64,000 nucleotides of DNA from an uncultured Pirellulales bacterium (GTDB taxonomy: Bacteria; Planctomycetota; Planctomycetia; Pirellulales; S012-138): contig CAYUMU010000001.1 of assembly GCA_964445985.1 (NCBI GenBank), positions 71,596 to 135,595 of the forward strand, written 5' to 3'. A program made the position numbers and the translations under genes. A model generated the notes under the pieces. It had not been told where the DNA came from, made no database searches, and worked only from the letters and a program-made list of their open reading frames with translations. The first letter of the stretch is position 1, and each line of letters starts with the position of its first letter. Shown in pieces: positions 1 through 8,966 of this stretch.

Positions 1-401
1 ATCAGCAAGTCGTCTTGCTGCATTTGGCCCGTGGGGCGGTTGGGAATGCCCGTGTCTCGAGACATGATCAGCATCGATCCGGTGCTGCCGGGAAGGCCGC
101 CCGGGGGCGTGGCGACGCGGCGAAGGTGATCGGGGTTGCCCCGGAGCGCGCTTTCATTCCAGCGGCGATTCTTGGAAAAGCCGCCCGGCATGCGGGTTTG
201 CTCATCTTGTTCGTCGCTGGCCTTGGGAAAGTTGTAAATGTATCCCCACTCTGGGTCTTCAAAGTCGTCGCCCACCTGTTCCACCTTTTTGCCCGTGCCA
301 GGAACGAGTTGAGCCTGGGCCGCAGTGGCGGCCATCAGGACGGCCGCCGCCACGATGGGGACCGTTGCGAACGAATACATACTGCGATTGTGGATCCGCA
401 T
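1..401 (-). CDS. hypothetical secreted protein (N-terminal part only; the gene runs off the left edge)
   Basis: My own minus-strand translation from the ATG at 401, with GGGAGG about 10 nt upstream, gives MRIHNRSMYSFATVPIVAAAVLMAATAAQAQLVPGTGKKVEQVGDDFEDPEWGYIYNFPK... The N-terminus looks like a signal peptide and the frame stays open to position 1. It is absent from the ORF track because there is no stop in the window. Confidence 0.5.
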   Translation of the reverse strand, partial: MRIHNRSMYSFATVPIVAAAVLMAATAAQAQLVPGTGKKVEQVGDDFEDPEWGYIYNFPKASDEQDEQTRMPGGFSKNRRWNESALRGNPDHLRRVATPPGGLPGSTGSMLIMSRDTGIPNRPTGQMQQDDLL

Positions 402-867
402 AATTGTCGTGCCTCCCTGCTTCGAAATTTCGTCTGTGTTGGGAAGAGCGGACATGCTTGTCCACCCTTTGGGGGTGCGATTGATTGGGCCGCGGACGCG
501 AGGCAGGAGCTAGCGGCAGCGCGCACTCGCAATGGCTGGCTCTCCTCATCTTGCCAGGAACGTGCTGCATGATTCGACGCCCCCCTTGCGGTTAGCACAA
601 CCTGTCGGCCTGGTGCTGTTCGCGCTTGGGGGGATCGTTTGCTCCGCCCGTTGCCCGGTGTTAGTTCATGTCGCTCATTGGTCTCGAGGGGCCGCTATAT
701 TTGGCACCATCGTTACCAATCGGCGAGCAAGGCGAATCGAATCCACCAAATCGACCGCGATAAACGAAGGTTCCTACCGATCGCCGCCTGGCAATGGCAA
801 ATTGGCGAATGTAAGCCTGCGAACGTGAGTCGGCGGCTTGCTGAGTTGGGCTTTGGCAGATGGACGT

Positions 868-1092
868 TCAATGTTCGGACGATGAACCGTCCTCTTGCAT
901 GCCTTCACAATCGCGGCGATCGTCGGGGTGCCAGAGCGGCAGGCCCTTTCGGAGTCGTTCTGCTAGCACATCGAGTTTATGCTTGGAGCCTGGCAGGGAT
1001 TGGGTACAGTCAAAGTTGCGATCTTCTGGAGTCCAATGCGGCTCGAAATCCCATTCCCCCAGCTTAATTGCTTCGAGTACCGACTTTGGCAC
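868..1092 (-). CDS. small hypothetical protein (74 aa)
   Basis: GTG start at 1092 with AAGGAG 8 nt upstream. The sequence is not low-complexity (…LGEWDFEPHWTPEDRNFDCTQSLPGSKHKLDVLAERLRKGLPLWHPDDR…). No family recognised. Confidence 0.55.
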   Translation of the reverse strand: MPKSVLEAIKLGEWDFEPHWTPEDRNFDCTQSLPGSKHKLDVLAERLRKGLPLWHPDDRRDCEGMQEDGSSSEH

Positions 1093-1773
1093 TTTTCAAT
1101 CTCCTTATCCGGGTAGAACCGAACCGACTGCGATCCAGCCGGTTATTTGACAACGGCCGGCTTCTCTATCCGTTTCTCGGCGAAAATGCGAACTCAACAG
1201 ACGCCAACTTGGTGGGCAGAGCCACCGAGCCCCAGCCGGGTAACCGCTTCTGACTTGAGCATGCGCGTAACGAGCTTGTGACTTAAGTGCAGTGGTTCCT
1301 GCGAACCGCAGAGGAACCGCTGCAGCCAAACTCCATTGACGGTTTACCCGCGTGGGGAGACTTACTTCTTACCGCTAAGACCGCGAAACGCGTGTCGAAT
1401 TGAACCCAAGCTCACCTCTTGGTTGGCATGGACCGCGGAAGCGGACCTGGGTTGCCTGTTTATGTACATCTGGCGTGGGGATGTCAAGAAAATGTTGTGT
1501 AGCAGTTGTAGGGCTGCAAAGGGAATCGACCCTGTGGCATATCGTTCGGAACGACGCGTGCCTTGCTGTCAGCAATGAATTCGCAAGATACAAATCGTTA
1601 CCTGGGCACAGTTACGGGGTACAATCCGTTGGGGGACTGTTACGCGTCCCCATAGAAACGAGTGCTCGCACCGTGGTGTTCAAGCGATTTTTTGCGTGGC
1701 TGAATTCGATGAAGTCGGCCAGGCTGCTCTCCTGTGAATTGCTGGCGGCGCGAGAACTATTGAGGAAATTGCC

Positions 1774-2484
1774 ATGATTGCTCGCCTTGTGTGTTGTTTG
1801 ACCGCCGGATGCTTGGCCTTGGTTAGCGCCTCTCATGCGCTGGCGCAGTTTCCCCAAGGAGCTGGGGGCGGCGGACTGAGCGCGGGAGGTGGCACGTCCT
1901 CGGGTTCCGGAACCTTTGGCGCGCGCACGCTGGGTGGCAATTTGAGTGCTCGTAGCGGCACGATGTTCGGCAGCGGCGGCACGGCGGCCGGCGCTACGCA
2001 GCAAGATACTCAAGCGGGGCAAATATCGGGCAATGAGCGCTTTGTGCGCGACAACCGCCAGGGCCAGTTTGTCGGGGCAGACACGGCCGACACCAGCCAG
2101 ATTGGCGGGTTTGGGAATGCCGCGGCAAATTTTTTGCGTGGTCCCACGGGGCAAGCGGCTCGCGACGCCAATCAGGCGAATCAAAACACCCAGGTCAAAC
2201 GTCCCTATCGAACGACCATGCAAGTGGGTTTTGGCTACAGTTTGCCGCCAGCAAGCGAGTTGGCTGCCAAGCTCACGAGCCGTCTTGACCGCGCGAGACT
2301 GGCCCCGCTACCAGATTCCTTTGAGGTGCGGATTCAAGGCCAGACTGCCATTTTACGTGGTGTGGTGCCCACGGACCATGCGCGCGTTCTAGCGGAACAA
2401 TTGGCGCTCCTAGAGCCCGGGATTGGGCGGGTCGATAACCAACTGGTGGTGGCGCCTGCGTTGCCACCTGCCCGGCAAGATTAG
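1774..2484 (+). CDS. secreted BON-domain protein with a Gly/Ser/Thr-rich linker
   Basis: N-terminal signal peptide (MIARLVCCLTAGCLALVSASHALA). The C-terminal ~65 aa (LAAKLTSRLDRA…FEVRIQGQTAILRGVVPTDHARVLAEQLALLEPGIGRVDNQLVV) fit the BON-domain pattern. Confidence 0.75.
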   Translation: MIARLVCCLTAGCLALVSASHALAQFPQGAGGGGLSAGGGTSSGSGTFGARTLGGNLSARSGTMFGSGGTAAGATQQDTQAGQISGNERFVRDNRQGQFVGADTADTSQIGGFGNAAANFLRGPTGQAARDANQANQNTQVKRPYRTTMQVGFGYSLPPASELAAKLTSRLDRARLAPLPDSFEVRIQGQTAILRGVVPTDHARVLAEQLALLEPGIGRVDNQLVVAPALPPARQD

Positions 2485-3541
2485 GCACGATCGGGATCAG
2501 CCCGCCCGCGGATTGCGAGGGATCCATTGAACTGACCGAGGTCGATGAACCGCGATAGCTCGGCTGCGCTTGCCCTGGGTAGCCTGGCGTGGAGCGCGAG
2601 CGGAATTGCGATAAAGTCGGCGTCATGGTTGCCTGCCCCGCTGAGTTGCCCGGGGGGCGATGCGATACCGTGGTGGTGTAGCCTGCTGCCTGATGGGCCG
2701 TTTGTGGTTGTGTTCCCTGCCACGCCTGGTTGCGATCAGCAGGATTTGCGCCCCAGTTGGCGGCCCCCGCGTTTACCGCTGGCGCCGCTCCGTAAGTGGC
2801 CTCGCTGCTGGACGTTTTCGGTGTGCCCGTATTGAATCGCGACGGCAGATCGATGGTGGTGGTCTTCATGCGGGTTTGCACGGTGCCTGGCGGAAGATCG
2901 AGCCCACCGCCTGGGTAAGGCTGGACTGGCTCTTGATAGTCAACCAGTCTCGCCGTGGGCGTCTCGTCCGACATTTGCATATTGCGAGTTGGCCCCTTCA
3001 ATCGGTATTTCAACTTCTCTGCCAGGGGAGCATCGCGGCCAGGCAGACTATGGTGGGTTTGCTCGCTGATGATCGTCTCTCCGCCCGAAATGGGAGTGAA
3101 CCGGGTGACCAGCGTAATCTGCAATTGAGGTCCGCCCGTTTCATCCCAGGGCAACCAGAAGCTGTAGGAGTGCCCCAACGGCTTCTTGGGGCTGTAATGC
3201 TCTTTGAACTGCTCGGGTGTGAACACATATTTTCGATCGGGCTTGGTATCGACCGCTTCGCGTCCATCTTCAACAAAAGCGTAGACCTCGAGGGTGCCGG
3301 CAGTCTTCGTAGGCTTTTCGCTGCCCGCGTAGAAGAATACGCGCCCGCCAAATCCGCGGATGGAGGGCTGACCCTCCTGGTGAAGAATGGTGTCTTGCCA
3401 CATCCCCACCACGCGCATGGCCGAGCCGAACTCACCGTTCTTGCCGGCGCCCCAGGGGATATTGCGCTGCATATCGAACTGGTTGCAGCCGCTGCTCATT
3501 GCGAGGAGCAGCCATCCGAACCATGATCTTCCCAACCGCAT
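2273..3541 (-). CDS. hypothetical lipoprotein with a folded N-terminal domain and a long disordered P/G/S/T/Q-rich tail
   Basis: An internal ATG at 3541 gives MRLGRSWFGWLLLAMSSGC, a lipobox-like signal. The ORF-track start at 3694 adds 51 aa that look non-native. The N-terminal ~200 aa are non-repetitive and the rest is low-complexity. The 3' end overlaps the BON gene. Confidence 0.6.
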   Translation of the reverse strand: MRLGRSWFGWLLLAMSSGCNQFDMQRNIPWGAGKNGEFGSAMRVVGMWQDTILHQEGQPSIRGFGGRVFFYAGSEKPTKTAGTLEVYAFVEDGREAVDTKPDRKYVFTPEQFKEHYSPKKPLGHSYSFWLPWDETGGPQLQITLVTRFTPISGGETIISEQTHHSLPGRDAPLAEKLKYRLKGPTRNMQMSDETPTARLVDYQEPVQPYPGGGLDLPPGTVQTRMKTTTIDLPSRFNTGTPKTSSSEATYGAAPAVNAGAANWGANPADRNQAWQGTQPQTAHQAAGYTTTVSHRPPGNSAGQATMTPTLSQFRSRSTPGYPGQAQPSYRGSSTSVSSMDPSQSAGGLIPIVPNLAGQVATQAPPPVGYRPAQSRALGAPIVPLERAHGPWAPHHVKWQSGLESAPQRNLVAGPVSRGQDGS

Positions 3542-3809
3542 CGCAGAATCCTTTCTCGGACGTGGTGGTCTGCCTTCGCCTTGACCTCCGCCAAGCACGT
3601 TGGCCATGGCGAAAGCTCGAGGTGAATTGCAAGGTCGAAGCATGCTGTCTGTCGTGTTGATCTCTGTGTTGCCGCGTTTCAGCGAACCGTGCATGAGGCG
3701 GCCGTGTTAAATGTGCGAAGCAGTCTCTGGTTTCTTGTTCGTTATCATCTCTGCAAGCTGCAAAGAACTTTAATGCCTCAGCGTCTGCTTGCGGTTTACC
3801 CGCGTTAGG

Positions 3810-6800
3810 TTATCGTTGTTGTGACGGAGACGCGGTTGTTGTTCGCCAGGCCGAAGTGGCTTCGACGGACTGGGTTTCGCGACGCTGCCAAGGCCGATCG
3901 GACCCACTCGGCGCTGCCGAAGGAAAGGGTCGCGCGCCATGGGTAGACGGAGGCGGCCCCAATCCCACCGCCGGTTGCACGGCGGGCGGTGCGTTGTTAG
4001 GTGGCGGTTGATTCCACTGGGGAAGTCCGCTTTGTGCCGGCCCATGCCAGGTCGCCGGTTGCACCTGCACTGGCAGGAGTTGCGCGGGCGGGCTCTGTGC
4101 CGGTGAAGTCGCGGCGGGCATCATTCTTGTTGGCAACTGCGGCTGTTGGGCGGCATGACCTGTCGGACTTACCCGTGGCAACGGACGCAACGGTCCTGGT
4201 GGCTGAGGCCGGGGCGGAGGCAGCGGAGAGCCATCAGGAACGGCATCCAGTTCGCTTGGCGTGAGCTTGCCGGCGGGCACCTCTTCAGGGCGACCACTAG
4301 GATTCACGTGTGGATAAATAATGGGGATTTCGGGTTCTTCCCACGCATCGCCTCGTCCGCGAATCCCGGCATCGCCATGCAAGTCGCGCACGTCGGACAG
4401 CACCCAGTGCATCCGCGACGACTCCACCTGCTTGATGAGTTCCATATCGGCTTCGTCGCGAACCACGCGCGGAGTGAGAATGATCAACAGCTCGGTACGC
4501 TGCTGCACGTTGGCGTCGTAACGGAACAGGTGGCCCAGCACCGGAATCGAAGCCAGCAGCGGCACCCGGCGGTGGGTTTGAGCCTTGGTCTTGGTGATCA
4601 GCCCGCCCAGCACGATGGTTTGGCCACTAATGGCGCTCACGGTGGATTGGGCCAAAGTGGTGTTGATTCGCGGGGAACGAATGACGTCGCCGGTGGGCAA
4701 AACCGAAACGGGGATGCCTTCGGACTCAGGACCGACCTCCGACTTTTCCACGTCGATTTCCATGACGACCAGGCCATCGGGACTGATGCGGGGGGTAACG
4801 CCAAGAATCAAACCGACATTCTGCTGCGCGCCCAACTGGTTGGTTTGGATGCCCGTGGCCTGATCGAAGGTGGTTGCGGTAATCAACTGCACGCGCTGGC
4901 CCACCTGAATGAAGGCCGGTTGGTTGTCGAGCGTCATTACTTGGGGACGAGAGAGCACATCGAGCCGGCGGCATTCCTGCAGAGCGCGAATCAGGATGCT
5001 GATGCTTTCATTGCTGGCCGAAAGCACCAGGCCGCCATAGCCGAGCTGACTATTCACGCGTCCGACCGAGAAACTACTGAGGGCCTGGCCGCCCACCTTA
5101 TTGGAGGTGTTTCGCGAAAAGTCGCTGCCGCTGTTGCCGATGGGCTGGTTATTAAACAAGTAGCCCGGCGCCATCGACGCACCTTGAATGATTTGGTTGG
5201 TGGCAGTAACGACCGTGTTGCCTTGCGGCGTTTGCGTGCTGTTGGTGGTCGTGATCAAGTCGCCCAGCAAGCTGCGATCGAAGAGGATCGAGTCCTGTAG
5301 GCCGAGTTCCACGCCGAATTCGTCGGTGTTGTTCAATTGCACTTCGCCAATCAGCACTTGGATCATCACCATGGGTGGACGGCGATCGAGCTCGTCAATG
5401 ATGCGGCGGATTTCGTCAAAGTACCGGGGAGTGGCGGTGACAATCAGGCTGTTGGTCACAGGCTCGCCCACCACGACCACTTCTTCTTGAATTTGCTGGA
5501 AGGCGCTGCGCACCCCCTGTTGTTGCACGGCCCGCTCGGCTTGCAATAGTTGGTTGATGCTATTGGCCACGTCGAGCGACGGGGCGTTTTTCAATCGATA
5601 AACCTGAGTTTCCCGTTCACGCACGTCGCTCTCATCGAGGCGAAGCAGGATCGCCTCGACAATGGTCAGATCCGAGGAACTGCCCGTGGCGAGAATGGAG
5701 TTCGTGCGGTTATCAACGGCAAACCTCAGCGGCACGATCGATCCATCGGACTGAATGCTGGCGCCTTGCGTGCCGAACTGTCCGCCGCCAAACTGACCCG
5801 CGTTGGTCGCCTGGCCAAATAGCGCCGAGAGCATGCTTACCAGGCTTTCAGCGTCACCATTGAGAATGGTGAACACTTTGATCTGGGACGTGGCGCCGGG
5901 AATGTTATCGAGTTGCTCAATCAGCGCCTCGATCAGCGGCATGCTGTCCGCGGGAGCCCGCACCAGCACCGAGTTGGCTCGGGCATCGGCCGTGACTTGC
6001 ACTTCGGTCAGAATGCCAGAACGCAGAATTTTACGCTCGCGGGCATCTAACGTCATCAATCGCAACACGGCCGAACGCTGCGCCTGCTGTTGCTGACCTT
6101 GCTGCCCTAACCCCTGCTGGCCGGGCAATTGCGGCCCAATTTGCTGCCCCTGGCCGGCAGCGCCTACGCCGGTGATCGCGGCTTGCAGCACGGCCGCCAA
6201 CTCTTCGGCCAGCGAGTTGCGTAGTTGGAAAACCCGCAAGGTTAGCTCCGAAGGGGAACTGTCGACATCAATGCGATTGAGCAAGCTGGCGATCTCGGCC
6301 AGGTCGCGAGGGCTGGCCCGCACAATCAAGGCATTGGTGCGAAAGTCGGGGATCACGTTGACCCGCGGAAACAACCCTTGCAGTTGCGTTTGTTGTTGAT
6401 TTTGCTGCTGCTGGCCAGGCCCGGCAGTTGCGCCGTAAAATTGTTGCAGCGTAGTGGCGGCTGCCTGAGCCGAGGCGAACTTGAGCTTGAAAACTTCAAA
6501 TTGGGCATCGGGCACCGCCGGCACATCGAGCCGTTTGATCAACTCCAAGGCTGCCTGCACGCTGGCAGGTGGTCCCACCAACAGTAGCGCGTTAGGGTCG
6601 ATCAGCGGCGTAATGCTCACGCGGCCTTTGCGAGTGGCATAAACCGAGTCGTAAAGTTGAGTCACGATCGTCGCCAGCGATTCGCCATTCACGTATTGAA
6701 GTGGATAAACTTCGATCAGCGGCTCGGTCTCTAAACTCGTCTCTTCAATTTGCTGAATGATTTTTACCAACCGATCGACGTCGTCTTTCGAGCCCCGCAA

Positions 6801-8126
6801 TACAATCACTCCCAGGTCTTCCAGAACTTCCACCTGCACCGGTCCTACCAGGGCCGACGTGTCGGGCCGCTGCGGGAGCGGCACAATTGCCTCGCCCGTA
6901 TTAGGAAGCGCTGGCGCCGCGGCGGATCCGGCGGTTGTCCCGGCGCCGCCTTGACCATTGACCGCCGGCGGAAGTTGCGGCCCAGGGAAAGTCGGTTGGG
7001 CAGCGTTGCCCGGTTGCGAGGGGGCAGGCGGCTGGTTGTTTCCGGCTCCCGGCTGAAACAAATGGGCCACGAACCGGGATGAGCGAACTTCTTCTTGCGC
7101 TGCCCGGCGCATCGCATCACTATGCTGCTTGGCTTGCTGTAGCATCGTCGCCACTTGAATGACCTTGGCGGGCGACGAAGCCCCCAGCGGCATCACTTGC
7201 GTGCGAACCGGAGATTGCCCTTGGGACGAACCTTCCAGCAAAGCCAACAAGCGAGCGCAACGTTCGCTCGACTCGCGGGGACCATGAATGGCCACCTGGT
7301 TGCTGAGCTGATCGAACTCAATTCGCAATCGAACTTGCGGCCCCATTTCGAGGGTGTACATCGCCACATCGCGATTGCTGCTCGACGCCAACTGCAGGCG
7401 AGTACCCCACAACTCTTGCAGGCGGCGCTGCATTTGATCCGAGGGAATTCGCAACTGCAGGATTTGGCCCCCGCCCACGCTGGCGGTCAGCAGTCCAAAA
7501 TTTGCGCCTTGGGGTGACTGTGGAGCCGGCATATCCAGATTGGGCTGCCCGCCAAGCCTGATAGGTCTAGTGGCCGTTGCCGGTCCACTCGCTGCCAGCC
7601 CGGCTGGTGCTGAAGCTGCGCCAGAGGCAGCCATGGACTTGACGCCCAAGAATCGGCCAATCTCTGCTTGCACGTCGGCAGGGGCCACAATCAACAACTG
7701 TGCATTGCGGCCATCGCTCGCCACCCGAGCGCCATGGGGACCAAATTGAGCCCGCACGGCCTCGCCCATCTGTTCCAACTGGTCGGCGGGGGCAGGATAA
7801 GTTTGCAGCGTGGGCGGAACGACGCTCGCCGCCGTGGGCTGATCCAGGGCCTGCAGTGTCTGACGCACCAATTGCTGCACGGAATCGTCGCCGTGAACAA
7901 CCAGCGCATTCTGAGGCACATCAACGGACACCTCGCCTCGGAGGGCCGAGTGATCCATGAGTTGCAAGACAATTTGCTGGGCATCTTGCGCTGCAACGTG
8001 ACGCAACACATACCCCTGAGTCGGGGCAGCCGGTTGCGCCAAGGCTATCGAAGCGAGGTCGCTCACGCCAACCAATAGCAGCGCTAGCAACGTCGCCGAT
8101 TCCAATCGTGCTTTACGATTCAACAT
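3810..8126 (-). CDS. giant outer-membrane secretin, GspD/type II secretion secretin family (1438 aa)
   Basis: Has a signal peptide. About nine copies of the Secretin_N-type motif N-x-L/I-x-V-x-A/G…I/L-x-x-L-I/L-x-x-L/I-D (e.g. TNALIVRASPRDLAEIASLLNRID, ANSVLVRAPADSMPLIEALIEQLD). C-terminal secretin core: LILGVTPRISPDGLVVMEIDVEKSEV … GQTIVLGGLITKTKAQTHRRVPLLASIPVLGHLFRYDANVQQRTELLIILTPRVV. Also has Gln-rich linkers and a ~190-aa Pro-rich tail. Confidence 0.9.
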   Translation of the reverse strand: MLNRKARLESATLLALLLVGVSDLASIALAQPAAPTQGYVLRHVAAQDAQQIVLQLMDHSALRGEVSVDVPQNALVVHGDDSVQQLVRQTLQALDQPTAASVVPPTLQTYPAPADQLEQMGEAVRAQFGPHGARVASDGRNAQLLIVAPADVQAEIGRFLGVKSMAASGAASAPAGLAASGPATATRPIRLGGQPNLDMPAPQSPQGANFGLLTASVGGGQILQLRIPSDQMQRRLQELWGTRLQLASSSNRDVAMYTLEMGPQVRLRIEFDQLSNQVAIHGPRESSERCARLLALLEGSSQGQSPVRTQVMPLGASSPAKVIQVATMLQQAKQHSDAMRRAAQEEVRSSRFVAHLFQPGAGNNQPPAPSQPGNAAQPTFPGPQLPPAVNGQGGAGTTAGSAAAPALPNTGEAIVPLPQRPDTSALVGPVQVEVLEDLGVIVLRGSKDDVDRLVKIIQQIEETSLETEPLIEVYPLQYVNGESLATIVTQLYDSVYATRKGRVSITPLIDPNALLLVGPPASVQAALELIKRLDVPAVPDAQFEVFKLKFASAQAAATTLQQFYGATAGPGQQQQNQQQTQLQGLFPRVNVIPDFRTNALIVRASPRDLAEIASLLNRIDVDSSPSELTLRVFQLRNSLAEELAAVLQAAITGVGAAGQGQQIGPQLPGQQGLGQQGQQQQAQRSAVLRLMTLDARERKILRSGILTEVQVTADARANSVLVRAPADSMPLIEALIEQLDNIPGATSQIKVFTILNGDAESLVSMLSALFGQATNAGQFGGGQFGTQGASIQSDGSIVPLRFAVDNRTNSILATGSSSDLTIVEAILLRLDESDVRERETQVYRLKNAPSLDVANSINQLLQAERAVQQQGVRSAFQQIQEEVVVVGEPVTNSLIVTATPRYFDEIRRIIDELDRRPPMVMIQVLIGEVQLNNTDEFGVELGLQDSILFDRSLLGDLITTTNSTQTPQGNTVVTATNQIIQGASMAPGYLFNNQPIGNSGSDFSRNTSNKVGGQALSSFSVGRVNSQLGYGGLVLSASNESISILIRALQECRRLDVLSRPQVMTLDNQPAFIQVGQRVQLITATTFDQATGIQTNQLGAQQNVGLILGVTPRISPDGLVVMEIDVEKSEVGPESEGIPVSVLPTGDVIRSPRINTTLAQSTVSAISGQTIVLGGLITKTKAQTHRRVPLLASIPVLGHLFRYDANVQQRTELLIILTPRVVRDEADMELIKQVESSRMHWVLSDVRDLHGDAGIRGRGDAWEEPEIPIIYPHVNPSGRPEEVPAGKLTPSELDAVPDGSPLPPPRPQPPGPLRPLPRVSPTGHAAQQPQLPTRMMPAATSPAQSPPAQLLPVQVQPATWHGPAQSGLPQWNQPPPNNAPPAVQPAVGLGPPPSTHGARPFPSAAPSGSDRPWQRRETQSVEATSAWRTTTASPSQQR

Positions 8127-8613
8127 CGAAAACTCATTTCTCAGGGCGCCCCCCCTGGAACTGAGTCAGCCAACGCAGAGCCATCGGCTCCAAGGCGAAA
8201 CACTCTGCGTGGTCTGTCTAATCGGCATCGCTCATCCAATTCTCCAGTTAACTGATCGAAATCCCTGAGCCAACCAAAGTTTCTCTAACGAGAACCGTTT
8301 GAAAATATGTCAATCCTCGTGGTACGACTCGACGGTTCCGCGCGTGTCAAGATCATCTTCCCAATCCAGCTTACTTGCTGATAATTCAGGCAAACCACCC
8401 CACCTTGAATATTGGGTTTGATTCTTCGGAGCCTTCGGCATATGGTTTGCCACCTTTCATTTCCCAAGATTCTTCCGTCTCATACCCAGCTTGCTCGCAA
8501 CCTCGACAGCAATGCAAGCTGCCATATAGCGACGCCTTGCATGGTTCGAATGCGGATTTTTGGCGGAGAATTGGCTTCGGTTCGAAGCGCACCACAAAAG
8601 GATCCTGTCTCTT

Positions 8614-8790
8614 ATGAAACACTTCTTCCGTGTCAACGCGTTGTTGCTGCTGCTTCCCCTGGGCTGCGCTCATCGCCCTGTTTGCCCAGCCCAGTGCTGG
8701 TCACCATCCCCGGCCTGTGGTGTTCCCGCATGTCCTTCCCCCTGCGCGCCGATCATTCAGAATTCGGCGCCGGTGACCTACGGTCCGTAG
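8614..8790 (+). CDS. candidate small Cys/Pro-rich lipoprotein (58 aa)
   Basis: ATG at 8614 gives MKHFFRVNALLLLLPLGCAHRPVCPAQCWSPSPACGVPACPSPCAP…, a lipobox-like LPLGC followed by a Cys/Pro-rich body. It lies in an 840-bp lower-GC divergent intergenic region and competes with an antisense 95-aa ORF. Weak call. Confidence 0.3.
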   Translation: MKHFFRVNALLLLLPLGCAHRPVCPAQCWSPSPACGVPACPSPCAPIIQNSAPVTYGP

Positions 8791-8966
8791 AGGGCCTCCA
8801 ATCAAGGAAATCGTGGGCATGCAGCGAGCATGGCGAGGCCTGCCTGCACTGCTAGCCTCCGGTCCCGATTGGTGGGGCGCGGCCCCCGTTTCAATTCGCC
8901 TCCCCTTGCGTTAAACTGCGCGCCCAAAGCCTTCCATTTGTGTCGCGGATAAGGGGGAAATACCGG

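Noticed and set aside
1100-1700. Possible RNase P RNA or tmRNA on the minus strand
   Set aside because: Several short strings occur in the order expected for RNase P (ctatgggg, gtgcccaggtaacg, gcggtaaga, gggtaaacc, agagaagccggcc), and ggttcaattcgaca recalls the tmRNA 5' region. However, the universally conserved P4 strands (GAGGAAAGUCC / ACAGAAnnCGGCUUA), a tmRNA acceptor stem with G-U, a T-arm, a CCA end and a plausible tag ORF are all missing. I kept it only as a generic 'possible structured RNA' finding.
4146-5300. 384-aa plus-strand ORF inside the secretin gene
   Set aside because: It is antisense to the conserved secretin core, and its composition (His/Arg/Gly/Asn-rich, no TM or signal) is typical of a shadow frame.
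8530-8565. tRNA-like T-loop string ggttcgaat
   Set aside because: Only a 4-5-bp local hairpin forms. No acceptor, D or anticodon arms can be built around it, so it is more likely a small terminator-like hairpin.
8386-8673. 95-aa minus-strand ORF upstream of the secretin
   Set aside because: It has no RBS, no recognisable domain and lower-GC codon usage, and it overlaps the equally weak plus-strand lipobox ORF. I did not list it as a feature and mention it only in a finding.
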